From a virus: 45,018 nucleotides of DNA. Each line of letters starts with the position of its first letter. Position 1 is the stretch's first letter. The stretch lies in IMG/VR virus record IMGVR_UViG_3300023208_000002, one strand, 5' to 3'. This document shows positions 25,855-33,722 of the stretch, in pieces. Under the pieces are notes generated by a model, which made no database searches, had not been told where the DNA came from, and saw only the letters and a program-made list of their open reading frames with translations. Made by a program: the position numbers and the translations under genes.

Positions 25855-26208
25855 TTATTCATCGGCGCTTTGGTCTTTCTTTGCGCCAGCTACCTTTTCA
25901 AGCTCAGTCGGTGTTTTTTGCTCAAGGCCAGTTTTTACGCTTTTAGTCTCTTTTGCTTGTGCCTTTGCGCTAGATTCAGACTTAGCTTCAAAAACAAATT
26001 GCTCAGCACATAAAGGGTGACTAGCAAACTTAGTACGCCATGCATCCCATAATGACTTGTCTACATCATATGTAATGCCAACAGTTAAACCCTTCTCAAC
26101 CATGATAAATCCATCTTCTGATTGAGTACCATTAATTTTAACTTTTACCCCTTCATGTTCCATCCAAAAGCCATTAGGGGTTTTACATCCGATAATTACA
26201 GTTGCCAT
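25855..26208 (-). CDS. Hypothetical head-module protein with Lys/Ala/Glu-rich tail
   Basis: 117 aa; follows the capsid-gene terminator. Confidence 0.5.
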   Translation of the reverse strand: MATVIIGCKTPNGFWMEHEGVKVKINGTQSEDGFIMVEKGLTVGITYDVDKSLWDAWRTKFASHPLCAEQFVFEAKSESSAKAQAKETKSVKTGLEQKTPTELEKVAGAKKDQSADE

Positions 26209-26253
26209 TGATTAAGCCTCTTGTTTGATAATGCTATCTTAACCCAAAAAAAA

Positions 26254-26272
26254 TGCTACCGCTAGGGTAGCA
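26254..26272 (-). terminator. Intrinsic terminator after the major capsid gene
   Basis: tgctacc-gctag-ggtagca followed on the minus strand by T8. Confidence 0.8.
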
Positions 26273-26287
26273 CTTTCTTGGTATTAA

Positions 26288-27295
26288 TCAGGGTGTTTCA
26301 TCATAAGATGCAAGCATATTAGCAACAAGCATCGGATAGTAGATGATCGCACCGATAGTTGACTGAGAACGTTTTTGCAAGAATCCAGAAGTTTTAACTT
26401 CCACCTTGTGAGTACGCAACTTATCAACAAAGCCCAAGTGAATAGTTTCTTGACCCATGTAAGAATCAAGCACTAATTGAACTTTTTCACCAGCATCAGT
26501 CGAGTATTCAGGGATTGGAACAATCTTAAGGTTCGGCAAGTTATCCTTGATGTACTTCATTGCATTTAAACCGTATTGGTTAGATGCAAGTAAGCGTGCA
26601 TTCATCTTAGGCGACAATACCAAAGTCATTGCGTCAGTTTCCTGAACAAGACCATTAGACTGAGTTACCAGCTGAGTGAACAACTTAAGGACTTCATTGT
26701 ACAAACCTAATGAGTCTAAAATTGCCCAGTTAGCACCTACAGAATCAGGCAATAAATCAGGATCATTCAACAAGCCATAGTTCTTAAGACCTTGCACACC
26801 ATACAAATAAATAGCGTTTTGCGTTTTATTTAATGTAAGTGTGGTTGCTTGGATTTGGCGTTCAACTAAACTAAAACGAGCCGCTGCCGCACGTTCTTCC
26901 GCAATCTCACCAATTTTAATATTGGTTTGATATGCATACGGTTGACGGTATTCGTAGTTTTCGTTGTCATTTGACATGCCGTTATCGTTAAAATCGCCAT
27001 AACTAGACGTTTCACCGTAAAGCTCGAAAGTAGGGATTGCAATGTTAGTTGTAACACGGTCACCGAACTGCTTTTCGTCAAATGCTTTTGCCGCGTTCAT
27101 TGGAGCGGTTAAAAACTCAATCCACTTAGGCGACAAGAATGTGGTGAGCATTGCTGGAATACCGCCGTTAGGCGCAGTCTGAGCAACACCAGCTACGTAA
27201 GAATCCATAGCGATTGTTTGAGCATCAAGAGGGAAATTTGTTCCCAATGCTAAGTTAATCGCTTGAATGTCAGCGCTTGAATATTGTTGAGTCAT
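26288..27295 (-). CDS. Major capsid protein
   Basis: 335 aa; positioned after the protease/scaffold and decoration-like genes and followed by a strong terminator. Confidence 0.75.
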   Translation of the reverse strand: MTQQYSSADIQAINLALGTNFPLDAQTIAMDSYVAGVAQTAPNGGIPAMLTTFLSPKWIEFLTAPMNAAKAFDEKQFGDRVTTNIAIPTFELYGETSSYGDFNDNGMSNDNENYEYRQPYAYQTNIKIGEIAEERAAAARFSLVERQIQATTLTLNKTQNAIYLYGVQGLKNYGLLNDPDLLPDSVGANWAILDSLGLYNEVLKLFTQLVTQSNGLVQETDAMTLVLSPKMNARLLASNQYGLNAMKYIKDNLPNLKIVPIPEYSTDAGEKVQLVLDSYMGQETIHLGFVDKLRTHKVEVKTSGFLQKRSQSTIGAIIYYPMLVANMLASYDETP

Positions 27296-27305
27296 TTATC
27301 TCTCC

Positions 27306-27800
27306 TTATTGCGCTGTAATCTTAAGAACAGTGCCAACCGCGCCAGATTTAGCAACAGTAAAATTAGTTTCAGTGTGACCCGCCACAGTTGCGCCAGCCG
27401 CACCAGTTGCGATAGTTCCGTCAGTATCAGAAGCAAATACTTTCTGACCTACAGTTGCGACAGTAGTTGCCACAACAAAGAAGTCGCCACGATCATAAGC
27501 ACTAATTGGCATACCTTTAGGGACAACCATTGTTGCTTGACCTTGCCAATCTGTAATTACACCAATGTTCGTATCACGCTCAATAAACCCAACAACCCAG
27601 TTAGCTGTGTCAGCAGGCTTAGCATTTTGAACTGTGCCATCAATCGTATTACACCAAGCAAAACGAGCAATAGTTACACCAGCAGTACCAGCAACAAATT
27701 GCTCAACACCAGCCAATGCGGTATGTGAAACACCAATAGAGGCAAACGCACCCACAACACCAATTGGCGGGTTTAAGTTAACTGTTTTCTGAAAGCTCAT
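27306..27800 (-). CDS. Head decoration / cement-like protein
   Basis: 164 aa, Gly/Ala/Val/Thr-rich; sits between the scaffold/protease and capsid genes. Confidence 0.45.
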   Translation of the reverse strand: MSFQKTVNLNPPIGVVGAFASIGVSHTALAGVEQFVAGTAGVTIARFAWCNTIDGTVQNAKPADTANWVVGFIERDTNIGVITDWQGQATMVVPKGMPISAYDRGDFFVVATTVATVGQKVFASDTDGTIATGAAGATVAGHTETNFTVAKSGAVGTVLKITAQ

Positions 27801-27809
27801 GTTAGCTCC

Positions 27810-29168
27810 TTACTTAACAAAACGTTTAATTGAGTTTAATGTGCTCTCAGCCACTTTACCTTTAGGTGCTGAATCCATTGCAACTGTTGGAGATTTTTGC
27901 GACTTAACTAAGGCCGCCAATCCAGCAGTATTAATACCAGTGGTGTCTACACCTTTCTGCTTAAGCGCATAAGCATAAACTTCATGGTCTGAGCTAAAGC
28001 CATCAAGAGCGATAACACCGACTAAAGGCTCAACTTCACGACCAGCCTTAAAGATGTTCATAATAGAGCCGCGAACTTCTGCCGCATCCATCGCTTGTTT
28101 CTTATCTTCGTCACGGTCTTTTTCTTCACGCTTTTCGCGTGCTTTAAGACGCATAGCTTCAGATTCATTGTCTTTGTCGGCTTGAGTTTGTTTATCCTCA
28201 TCCTTCGCTTTTTTGTCGTCATCAGAATCTTCAACGATTTCTACATCGTCCTCATCTTCTGCTTTTTTGTCTTCTTCGTCCTCGGCTTTCTTGTCATCTT
28301 CATCAAGAGCAAGCGAACCATGAACCGCCAGAATAACTTTTTTCAAATCTTCGGCAGAGTCCATACCCAATTGCTCACGCAATTTGGCAAGGCTGCCCTT
28401 TTTTAAAACAACATTTTTAGCCATTAATTGACCCTCTATTGAATCTGCGATAATCGCGTCACTTCCAATCCTACCACGTTCAACGATAGCAACGTGATTA
28501 CCATGAATATTAGTCATAATACCATCATAAGGTACACCATTAAAAGTACCCGACTTCATGACAGCATCATAAGCATAACCAGCGCTTAATTCTCCTAATG
28601 CCTTACTTTCGATATAGTCAATCCCTTCTTGGTCAAATACACGCAATGATGACCAGACACGACCTTCGTCATCCATTGTTATGTCTGTACCAATAGATCC
28701 GATAGTCGATTCTTTCTCTGGTTGAGATGCGTCAACAGGGATATGGCGTTTAAGAAGCTGCAACCCTTTGAATGTATCTAAAGATTTACGCAACTCTTCA
28801 GGATCACGCAATAACATGTATTCTTTGTTTGGATCTAAGCCTAATTCCTTCCATCTTGGAATAGAATCGCCACGATAAGGATTTACTGCGGCTTTTGTGA
28901 TAATGGTTTTATCAACAATTAGATGCCCATTGCGGTCATAGCTACGAGCCGACTTATCCATTGCATGTTCTGGCTCTTTCTTTTCCTCTTCAAGCCATTG
29001 ATCAAACAATTCTTCTAACTTGTCAAAGTCAGTATCATTAGCCATTCCAGCTTCTTTGTAAGCTATAGCAATCGCTTGATCTTTCGGTTTTCCTGATTCA
29101 ATTAACTCACGAATGTTTTTATGAATAACATCCTGTGAACTACCTTTAATTAGAGGCATATCACTCAC
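27810..29168 (-). CDS. Prohead protease/scaffold protein (DUF2213-like) with acidic repeat region
   Basis: YMLLRDPEELRKSLDTFKGLQLLKRHIPV pattern; DKKAEDE repeats and a charged coiled region. Confidence 0.6.
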   Translation of the reverse strand: MSDMPLIKGSSQDVIHKNIRELIESGKPKDQAIAIAYKEAGMANDTDFDKLEELFDQWLEEEKKEPEHAMDKSARSYDRNGHLIVDKTIITKAAVNPYRGDSIPRWKELGLDPNKEYMLLRDPEELRKSLDTFKGLQLLKRHIPVDASQPEKESTIGSIGTDITMDDEGRVWSSLRVFDQEGIDYIESKALGELSAGYAYDAVMKSGTFNGVPYDGIMTNIHGNHVAIVERGRIGSDAIIADSIEGQLMAKNVVLKKGSLAKLREQLGMDSAEDLKKVILAVHGSLALDEDDKKAEDEEDKKAEDEDDVEIVEDSDDDKKAKDEDKQTQADKDNESEAMRLKAREKREEKDRDEDKKQAMDAAEVRGSIMNIFKAGREVEPLVGVIALDGFSSDHEVYAYALKQKGVDTTGINTAGLAALVKSQKSPTVAMDSAPKGKVAESTLNSIKRFVK

Positions 29169-29200
29169 CTATATCAATTTTTCTTATTATGCAATAAAAA

Positions 29201-29220
29201 AGCCACTCGTTAAAGTGGCT
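29201..29220 (-). terminator. Intrinsic terminator embedded in the last codons of ORF 29210..29401
   Basis: agccact-cgttaa-agtggct followed on the minus strand by a T-run. Confidence 0.65.
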
Positions 29221-29401
29221 TTAAATCATATGGCGCATTAGCATTGCCAAATGGATATTCTTTCCATTCATTATCATGCCACCAATGCCAACAGCTATCT
29301 AATTTCCAGTAATCAATAGTATAATCAACTACACAGCTACATTCATAGTGCGTAGCCCCGTCAGGCGCATTTCTCTTAATCTCGTCAATGTTCATCATCA
29401 A
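29210..29401 (-). CDS. Small protein of the 'GATHY' paralogue family
   Basis: IDEIKRNAPDGATHY...DLKPL parallels 37659..37844 (IEEIRKNAPGGATHY...SIKPL). Confidence 0.55.
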   Translation of the reverse strand: MMMNIDEIKRNAPDGATHYECSCVVDYTIDYWKLDSCWHWWHDNEWKEYPFGNANAPYDLKPL

Positions 29402-29492
29402 TCCTCATCTTGTCGCAATGTATGCATAAATAAGCTTTATAGATCCAGCAGTATTGGTAGATATGGTTGCATTCTTTGAGTGTGGTCATTGG

Positions 29493-29855
29493 TCACCGTA
29501 TCGCTTTCTTGATTTCACGGATACAGAACTTCAAAGCAAATACTCTCTGATCATTACCGTTCTTTAGATTCTGCTCTTTCGCCAATTCAAGTTGACTAAC
29601 AAGCTGATTAGCTGCATTTCTTAACTTGTCATTTTCAATCTTTGAGTTATGTAATTCTTGAGCTAGGCGATCTACTTCTAAGATTGCTTGCTCTCTTGTA
29701 AGCTCTTGGTCAGCAAAGCAAGTTCCGCCTGCATGGCAATAACCGTCTGCGCCACAGTAAGGGCTTCCACCCTTACAGCGCATCACAGCATTAGCCCATA
29801 TTTCATCGTTCTTGCTTAGCAAGTCGTGCTCACATGGAATCTTGATTGCTTTCAT
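29493..29855 (-). CDS. Cys-rich N-terminal domain plus coiled-coil protein
   Basis: CEHD...CKGGSPYCGADGYCHAGGTCF followed by heptad-rich sequence. Confidence 0.5.
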   Translation of the reverse strand: MKAIKIPCEHDLLSKNDEIWANAVMRCKGGSPYCGADGYCHAGGTCFADQELTREQAILEVDRLAQELHNSKIENDKLRNAANQLVSQLELAKEQNLKNGNDQRVFALKFCIREIKKAIR

Positions 29856-30703
29856 CCTTCCCCCTTGAGCGCTTGCTCTAAATCACCAAGAGTTATGTCT
29901 CTTCCCTGTTTTTGATTGATTTCATACGCTAGCTTTTCTAAGAACTCGCTGTTGTCTTTTGTTTCATAAGCAAGCTCAGCTGCTTTTCTAGATGCATAAA
30001 CACCGGCTATCCAACCTTCCATGCCTAATACATAGAATCTACCTTCAGCTTCTAAAACAGGAGCGCCTCGAACCTCTAAAGCCTCTTTCAATTCACTTGC
30101 ACATTGAAGTGCAAAATGCGCATGTTCTGTAGACTCAGCCCACTTCCAGATCAATTTTTCCGCTGCCTCCTGTTTTCGTCTTAGACTTTCCACTCGCTTT
30201 TGCAGCTCTCCATTCAGCTTTGCAGTTGCCATTTCATCTAAGGCATATTGAGTTGCACGGTTATCTAAATCAGTGACTTGCTTTTGCAGCCCCTCCACTT
30301 TCGCTTGCTGGTGCTGCCATACCTGATCAGCCAAACCTTTTGCACCTTCATAGCGATGAATATCTGCATCATCAATCCAGAAGTCGTAGGCATCTTTAAA
30401 TACTTCTTCAAATGACTGTGGTTTATCCATCTCAAACATCCTTTGATTTACACAGTGGGCTGATGTGGTTTCTATTCTGTCTAGGACTTCCAATTCCCTC
30501 GGATTCGATGGTTTATCAATGCGGTGTCCTGCTGCTATTTCTTCATCTTCGGCAAAACGAAAGTTAACTTTATGAGCGAATGAATAATGCTCTTTATCCC
30601 AATATGCTCGAATGAATTCTTTGTAGCTTTCTTGAATGGTCATTACCTTGTTCTGGCTGCTACTCTTTAAAACAACCTTATCCCCAACTTTAAACTCACT
30701 CAT
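29852..30703 (-). CDS. Hypothetical protein (283 aa), N-terminal small beta-barrel-like motif
   Basis: FKVGDKVVLKSSSQNKVMTIQ (DUF2158-like), a central coiled coil and an unknown C-domain. Confidence 0.5.
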   Translation of the reverse strand: MSEFKVGDKVVLKSSSQNKVMTIQESYKEFIRAYWDKEHYSFAHKVNFRFAEDEEIAAGHRIDKPSNPRELEVLDRIETTSAHCVNQRMFEMDKPQSFEEVFKDAYDFWIDDADIHRYEGAKGLADQVWQHQQAKVEGLQKQVTDLDNRATQYALDEMATAKLNGELQKRVESLRRKQEAAEKLIWKWAESTEHAHFALQCASELKEALEVRGAPVLEAEGRFYVLGMEGWIAGVYASRKAAELAYETKDNSEFLEKLAYEINQKQGRDITLGDLEQALKGEG

Positions 30704-30926
30704 GGCTGGCTCCTTTTGGACGTTGTTCTAATGATTTTTCCCAGTCATCTTTAAATGGGTTACTCTCTTTAGGGATTGAGATTACAAACTCAATAGGACT
30801 CCATATTCCAAGACCAACTCTAATTTTTGGCTGACCAACAAACCCGTAAGCCCAACCGTCTTGATCTGTTGCAATCCAATTAACTTCGGCAGGTACTAAC
30901 GACCAATCGTACTTATGCATTTTCAC
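30696..30926 (-). CDS. Hypothetical protein; paralogue of 6876..7094
   Basis: KYDWSLVPAEVNWIATDQDGWAYG...SLEQRPK. Confidence 0.55.
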   Translation of the reverse strand: MKMHKYDWSLVPAEVNWIATDQDGWAYGFVGQPKIRVGLGIWSPIEFVISIPKESNPFKDDWEKSLEQRPKGASHE

Positions 30927-31326
30927 CGCCTCCGTATATTGATTCGTGGACAGAAACTACCTTCTTCCCAAACACTGCGTCTTGTGCTTCGATTGCTCGC
31001 TTGATCTGGTTTGCTCTTTCTGTCTGGCCTCTCATGCAAGCCTTCATGAACTCACGGTTTGCATTCTTTTTAGTTTTTAGCTCTTTGAATAAATCCAACG
31101 ACTCCACCAGACGCTTGAGGTCTGGAAAGTCGACAAATGGAGGTAGTTCTAGATTCTGTATCGTTAAGTTATCAACTGCCTTCCACTCGCTGCCATTCCA
31201 GAACTCAGTTGAACGTAAATAAACTTCAAAAGGGATGTCGTAGTGAGTTGCACCTTTTGGCGCCCCCTCAACAACCTCTCTCGCCTTCTCCACCCCATAC
31301 TCACGAATAAACTGTTCTGGTTTCAT
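30913..31326 (-). CDS. Hypothetical protein with N-terminal 'GATHY' module
   Basis: VVEGAPKGATHYDIPFEVY... Confidence 0.5.
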   Translation of the reverse strand: MKPEQFIREYGVEKAREVVEGAPKGATHYDIPFEVYLRSTEFWNGSEWKAVDNLTIQNLELPPFVDFPDLKRLVESLDLFKELKTKKNANREFMKACMRGQTERANQIKRAIEAQDAVFGKKVVSVHESIYGGGENA

Positions 31327-31415
31327 AGCAAATCAACCCCTTGTATTTTTGCAACTGTGTAGCAAATTACACAAACCACGAGGAATAGGTAAAACCAAAT
31401 GTAATCATTTTTCAT
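31323..31415 (-). CDS. 30-aa hydrophobic peptide (not in ORF track)
   Basis: MKNDYIWFYLFLVVCVICYTVAKIQGVDLL; ATGA overlap with 30913..31326. Confidence 0.3.
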   Translation of the reverse strand: MKNDYIWFYLFLVVCVICYTVAKIQGVDLL

Positions 31416-31581
31416 TTAATTCTCCATGCAATATTTAATTGCTTGTTCTAATGATTGGAACATATCAACATGAGTTTCCAACTCATACACATGATACAAC
31501 CAATCTAAATGATCTATTTTTATTGTTCTGCCATTAACAAAAATAGATTCACCATCAAAAAACCACTTCCGCTTTAATCAT
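31416..31581 (-). pseudogene. Small ORF broken by a frameshift at a T6/A6 run (31557-31562)
   Basis: ATG 31581 (ATGA-coupled) reads MIKAEVVF then a stop. Removing one T restores a 54-codon ORF ...DGESIFVNGRTIKIDHLDWLYHVYELETHVDMFQSLEQAIKYCMEN. Confidence 0.35.
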
Positions 31582-31760
31582 TTCGCCATTACTCCATGTA
31601 TGCAATAACTACGAACAACTAGTTTGTCGTTTTTAGAATATGCATCCTTGTTTATCTCACATTGCCTCATGTTCGCTTGAGGTATTTGTATTGATTCCAT
31701 TGATTGCCCTCTTGTTCCACCATGATGTAGAACCAAAACCAAGTAAACTACGTTAATCAT
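31578..31760 (-). CDS. Hypothetical small protein with N-terminal hydrophobic segment
   Basis: MINVVYLVLVLHHGG...; 4-nt overlap with the upstream gene. Confidence 0.45.
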   Translation of the reverse strand: MINVVYLVLVLHHGGTRGQSMESIQIPQANMRQCEINKDAYSKNDKLVVRSYCIHGVMAK

Positions 31761-32086
31761 TCTACAAACTCCTCTTTATATTTTTTAATATCCATCTTTG
31801 GCTTAGGTTTGTAGTGGATCTCTTTTAGATCAGCAGGAAGATCAATGCTCGATAAAAGCCCATTAAATCCTAAACCACCTAAACAATTTAATTTAGCATT
31901 CTCAATAAAAATATCATCACCAACGATTCTCGGAGATTTATCAAGAAGCCAAGTAATTTCCTCACCCTTCGGACACACAAACCCATCAATGGTTTTTAAA
32001 TCCTCAGTGGTCTGCATAACCAAGGCACAAATAAACTCAGGATATTTATCCCAATCAACAATATTACTATTTTCAACCACAATCAT
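31757..32086 (-). CDS. Hypothetical protein (109 aa); first gene after conserved-box promoter D
   Basis: AAGGGG RBS; ORF. Confidence 0.55.
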   Translation of the reverse strand: MIVVENSNIVDWDKYPEFICALVMQTTEDLKTIDGFVCPKGEEITWLLDKSPRIVGDDIFIENAKLNCLGGLGFNGLLSSIDLPADLKEIHYKPKPKMDIKKYKEEFVE

Positions 32087-32134
32087 TTCAAACCCCTTCT
32101 ACTGAATAACTAAATCATACCACTCTTAAATATA

Positions 32135-32150
32135 ATTCTCAATAGTAAAT
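32135..32150 (-). promoter_or_regulatory. Conserved box D (exact 16-mer), immediately after terminator 32174-32193
   Basis: ATTTACTATTGAGAAT on the minus strand. Possible readings are TACTAT as -10, or TTGAGA-17-TATGAT. Confidence 0.5.
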
Positions 32151-32173
32151 ATAAAATAGTTTAGATAAAATAA

Positions 32174-32193
32174 AACCACCCGTTAGGATGGTT
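32174..32193 (-). terminator. Intrinsic terminator closing the ORF-free segment
   Basis: Minus strand reads AACCATCC-TAAC-GGGTGGTT (one mismatch), followed by TTATTTTATC. Confidence 0.65.
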
Positions 32194-32194
32194 C

Positions 32195-32650
32195 TATTGG
32201 CTTAACTAACACACTTTGCATTTTGCCTTATGCGCTAAGACCTTTTGTGTTTAAGGGCTAGTGATTGCACTTTCATTGATTCACTTCGCAAGACGTAATA
32301 TCCCTTTCGGGTTTGTGCTTTCGTCTGAATTTAAACTTAGATGAAGTGAACGCTAGCAACCAACAGGAATCCCCATCAGAATTCACTTCTCTAAGTTGCC
32401 CACTTTCTGGCGGTCACTAAGCTGAATAACCTAGAATACAAGTAAACATCAATCGGGGTTTCATGCCCCAAGCTATATACAATTTACCTATATGTTAAAA
32501 CACAGGTTTCGCCTCATCCAATAAAACCAAGTATTGTGAAGCTCCGCCACAGATTAAAGCTCTTGGAAGCATCTGTTTTGCGCTGTGCTATTGATCGGCA
32601 ACGTGCGAATAGTTGCATTAGTGATACCACACCACACGATGACCATTGTT
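32195..32650 (-). ncRNA. Candidate large structured non-coding RNA of unknown class (strand tentative)
   Basis: No ORF in any frame. About 44% GC against an AT-richer genome. Several strong hairpins, including a 15-bp stem and a GNRA-looped helix on the minus strand, plus a terminator at the minus-strand 3' end. Confidence 0.3.
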
Positions 32651-32780
32651 TTTTTTAATTGCCAATAGTTCGTGATTATGTCGCACATGGATTCAATCAA
32701 TAATCAAATAATACCAAACCAAACTAAAAATACAAATCAGTTGTTTTGATATTGGTTATCAATTTTACTTAATTCAAAAA

Positions 32781-33722
32781 ATGCGATTGTATGATAAAAT
32801 TAATCATCAATTACATGCGAGAGTACACATGGTTAATAAAGTATCTGATCAAGAAATCAATCAAGTAATATCCCTAGTCTTTAATGATGGTGCTACATTC
32901 AAAGATGCCTGCTTGCAAGTTGGCAGACACCAGAGTGTTATGTCGAAAATAATTCGCAATATGGGTTACACAATACCAAAAGAAACAGGAAAGAACACAA
33001 GAAAGAATTTACCAACACAAGAAATCATAAATATGTATAACAGTGGTCTTAGCGAATTATTTATAGCTAAAAAACTCAATGTTAGCAGATGCGCTATAAG
33101 ACAAAGACTTGTAGAAAATAACGTATATATCAGGACTCCAAGCGAAGCAAGTTATATTAGCGCAAAACAATTCACTCCTGAACAAAGAAAATTAAGGGCA
33201 TTTGCTGCACATAAAGCCAAAAGAGGTAAGGCTGAACGCGAAGAAAGCAGAATAATGAGAGCAAAAACACTTGAAAATAATGCTTACGAAAATATGACTG
33301 GAAAAGGAGAGCTTGAAATAAAAGAAATATTCGAAGCTAGAAAAATAAAACATACATGGCAGAAAGCCGTTGGTAGGTATAGCTTGGATTTTTTAATTGG
33401 AAATGTGGCGCTGGAATTAAGGAGTGGAACTGGCTATAGAGGGGATACACACAAGAAAAACGGCAGGATTAAATTCCTTAAGAGCTTAAATTTGACCACA
33501 ATCTATGTTCTATTTGATGATGTGTCAAACCTTATTGCAAATGTAGATTATGTGATTGATGAGATTCACAAGGAAAATAAAAGCCCATTACCTGACGGTT
33601 ATTTTAAAGTATTAACCATTAGATCAAAGGATTGCGAATTAAGAACTGGCAATGATGGTAAATTCTATTCTCAGAAAATAGAACCTACCATTGTGAAAAG
33701 CATTAAAATTTACAGCTATTGA
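32781..33722 (+). CDS. Free-standing nuclease: tandem HTH modules plus C-terminal PD-(D/E)XK (Vsr/DUF559-like) domain; probable homing endonuclease
   Basis: HTH-like GLSELFIAKKLNVSRCAIRQRL. The C-terminal GELEIKEIF...WQKAVGRYSLDFLIGNVALELRSG resembles the E...D...ExK core. It is on the opposite strand to all neighbours. The start may be ATG 32829. Confidence 0.55.
   Translation: MRLYDKINHQLHARVHMVNKVSDQEINQVISLVFNDGATFKDACLQVGRHQSVMSKIIRNMGYTIPKETGKNTRKNLPTQEIINMYNSGLSELFIAKKLNVSRCAIRQRLVENNVYIRTPSEASYISAKQFTPEQRKLRAFAAHKAKRGKAEREESRIMRAKTLENNAYENMTGKGELEIKEIFEARKIKHTWQKAVGRYSLDFLIGNVALELRSGTGYRGDTHKKNGRIKFLKSLNLTTIYVLFDDVSNLIANVDYVIDEIHKENKSPLPDGYFKVLTIRSKDCELRTGNDGKFYSQKIEPTIVKSIKIYSY

Noticed and set aside
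28150-28310. Tandem acidic repeat (DKKAEDE x2 and flanking D/E/K runs) in the scaffold/protease gene
   Set aside because: This is a short low-complexity duplication typical of scaffold linker regions. It is not an independent DNA repeat element.
32455-32469. GGGG-TTTCATG-CCCC hairpin that superficially resembles a tRNA T-arm
   Set aside because: The loop lacks the TTCRANY consensus. No complementary acceptor-stem strands or anticodon arm can be found about 60-70 nt around it on either strand.
32195-33722. Group I intron with an associated homing endonuclease
   Set aside because: No flanking gene is split. The Mu F-like gene and ORF 31757..32086 look complete. The nuclease gene is on the opposite strand to the surrounding operon, and I could not identify P3-P8 core pairings by eye.
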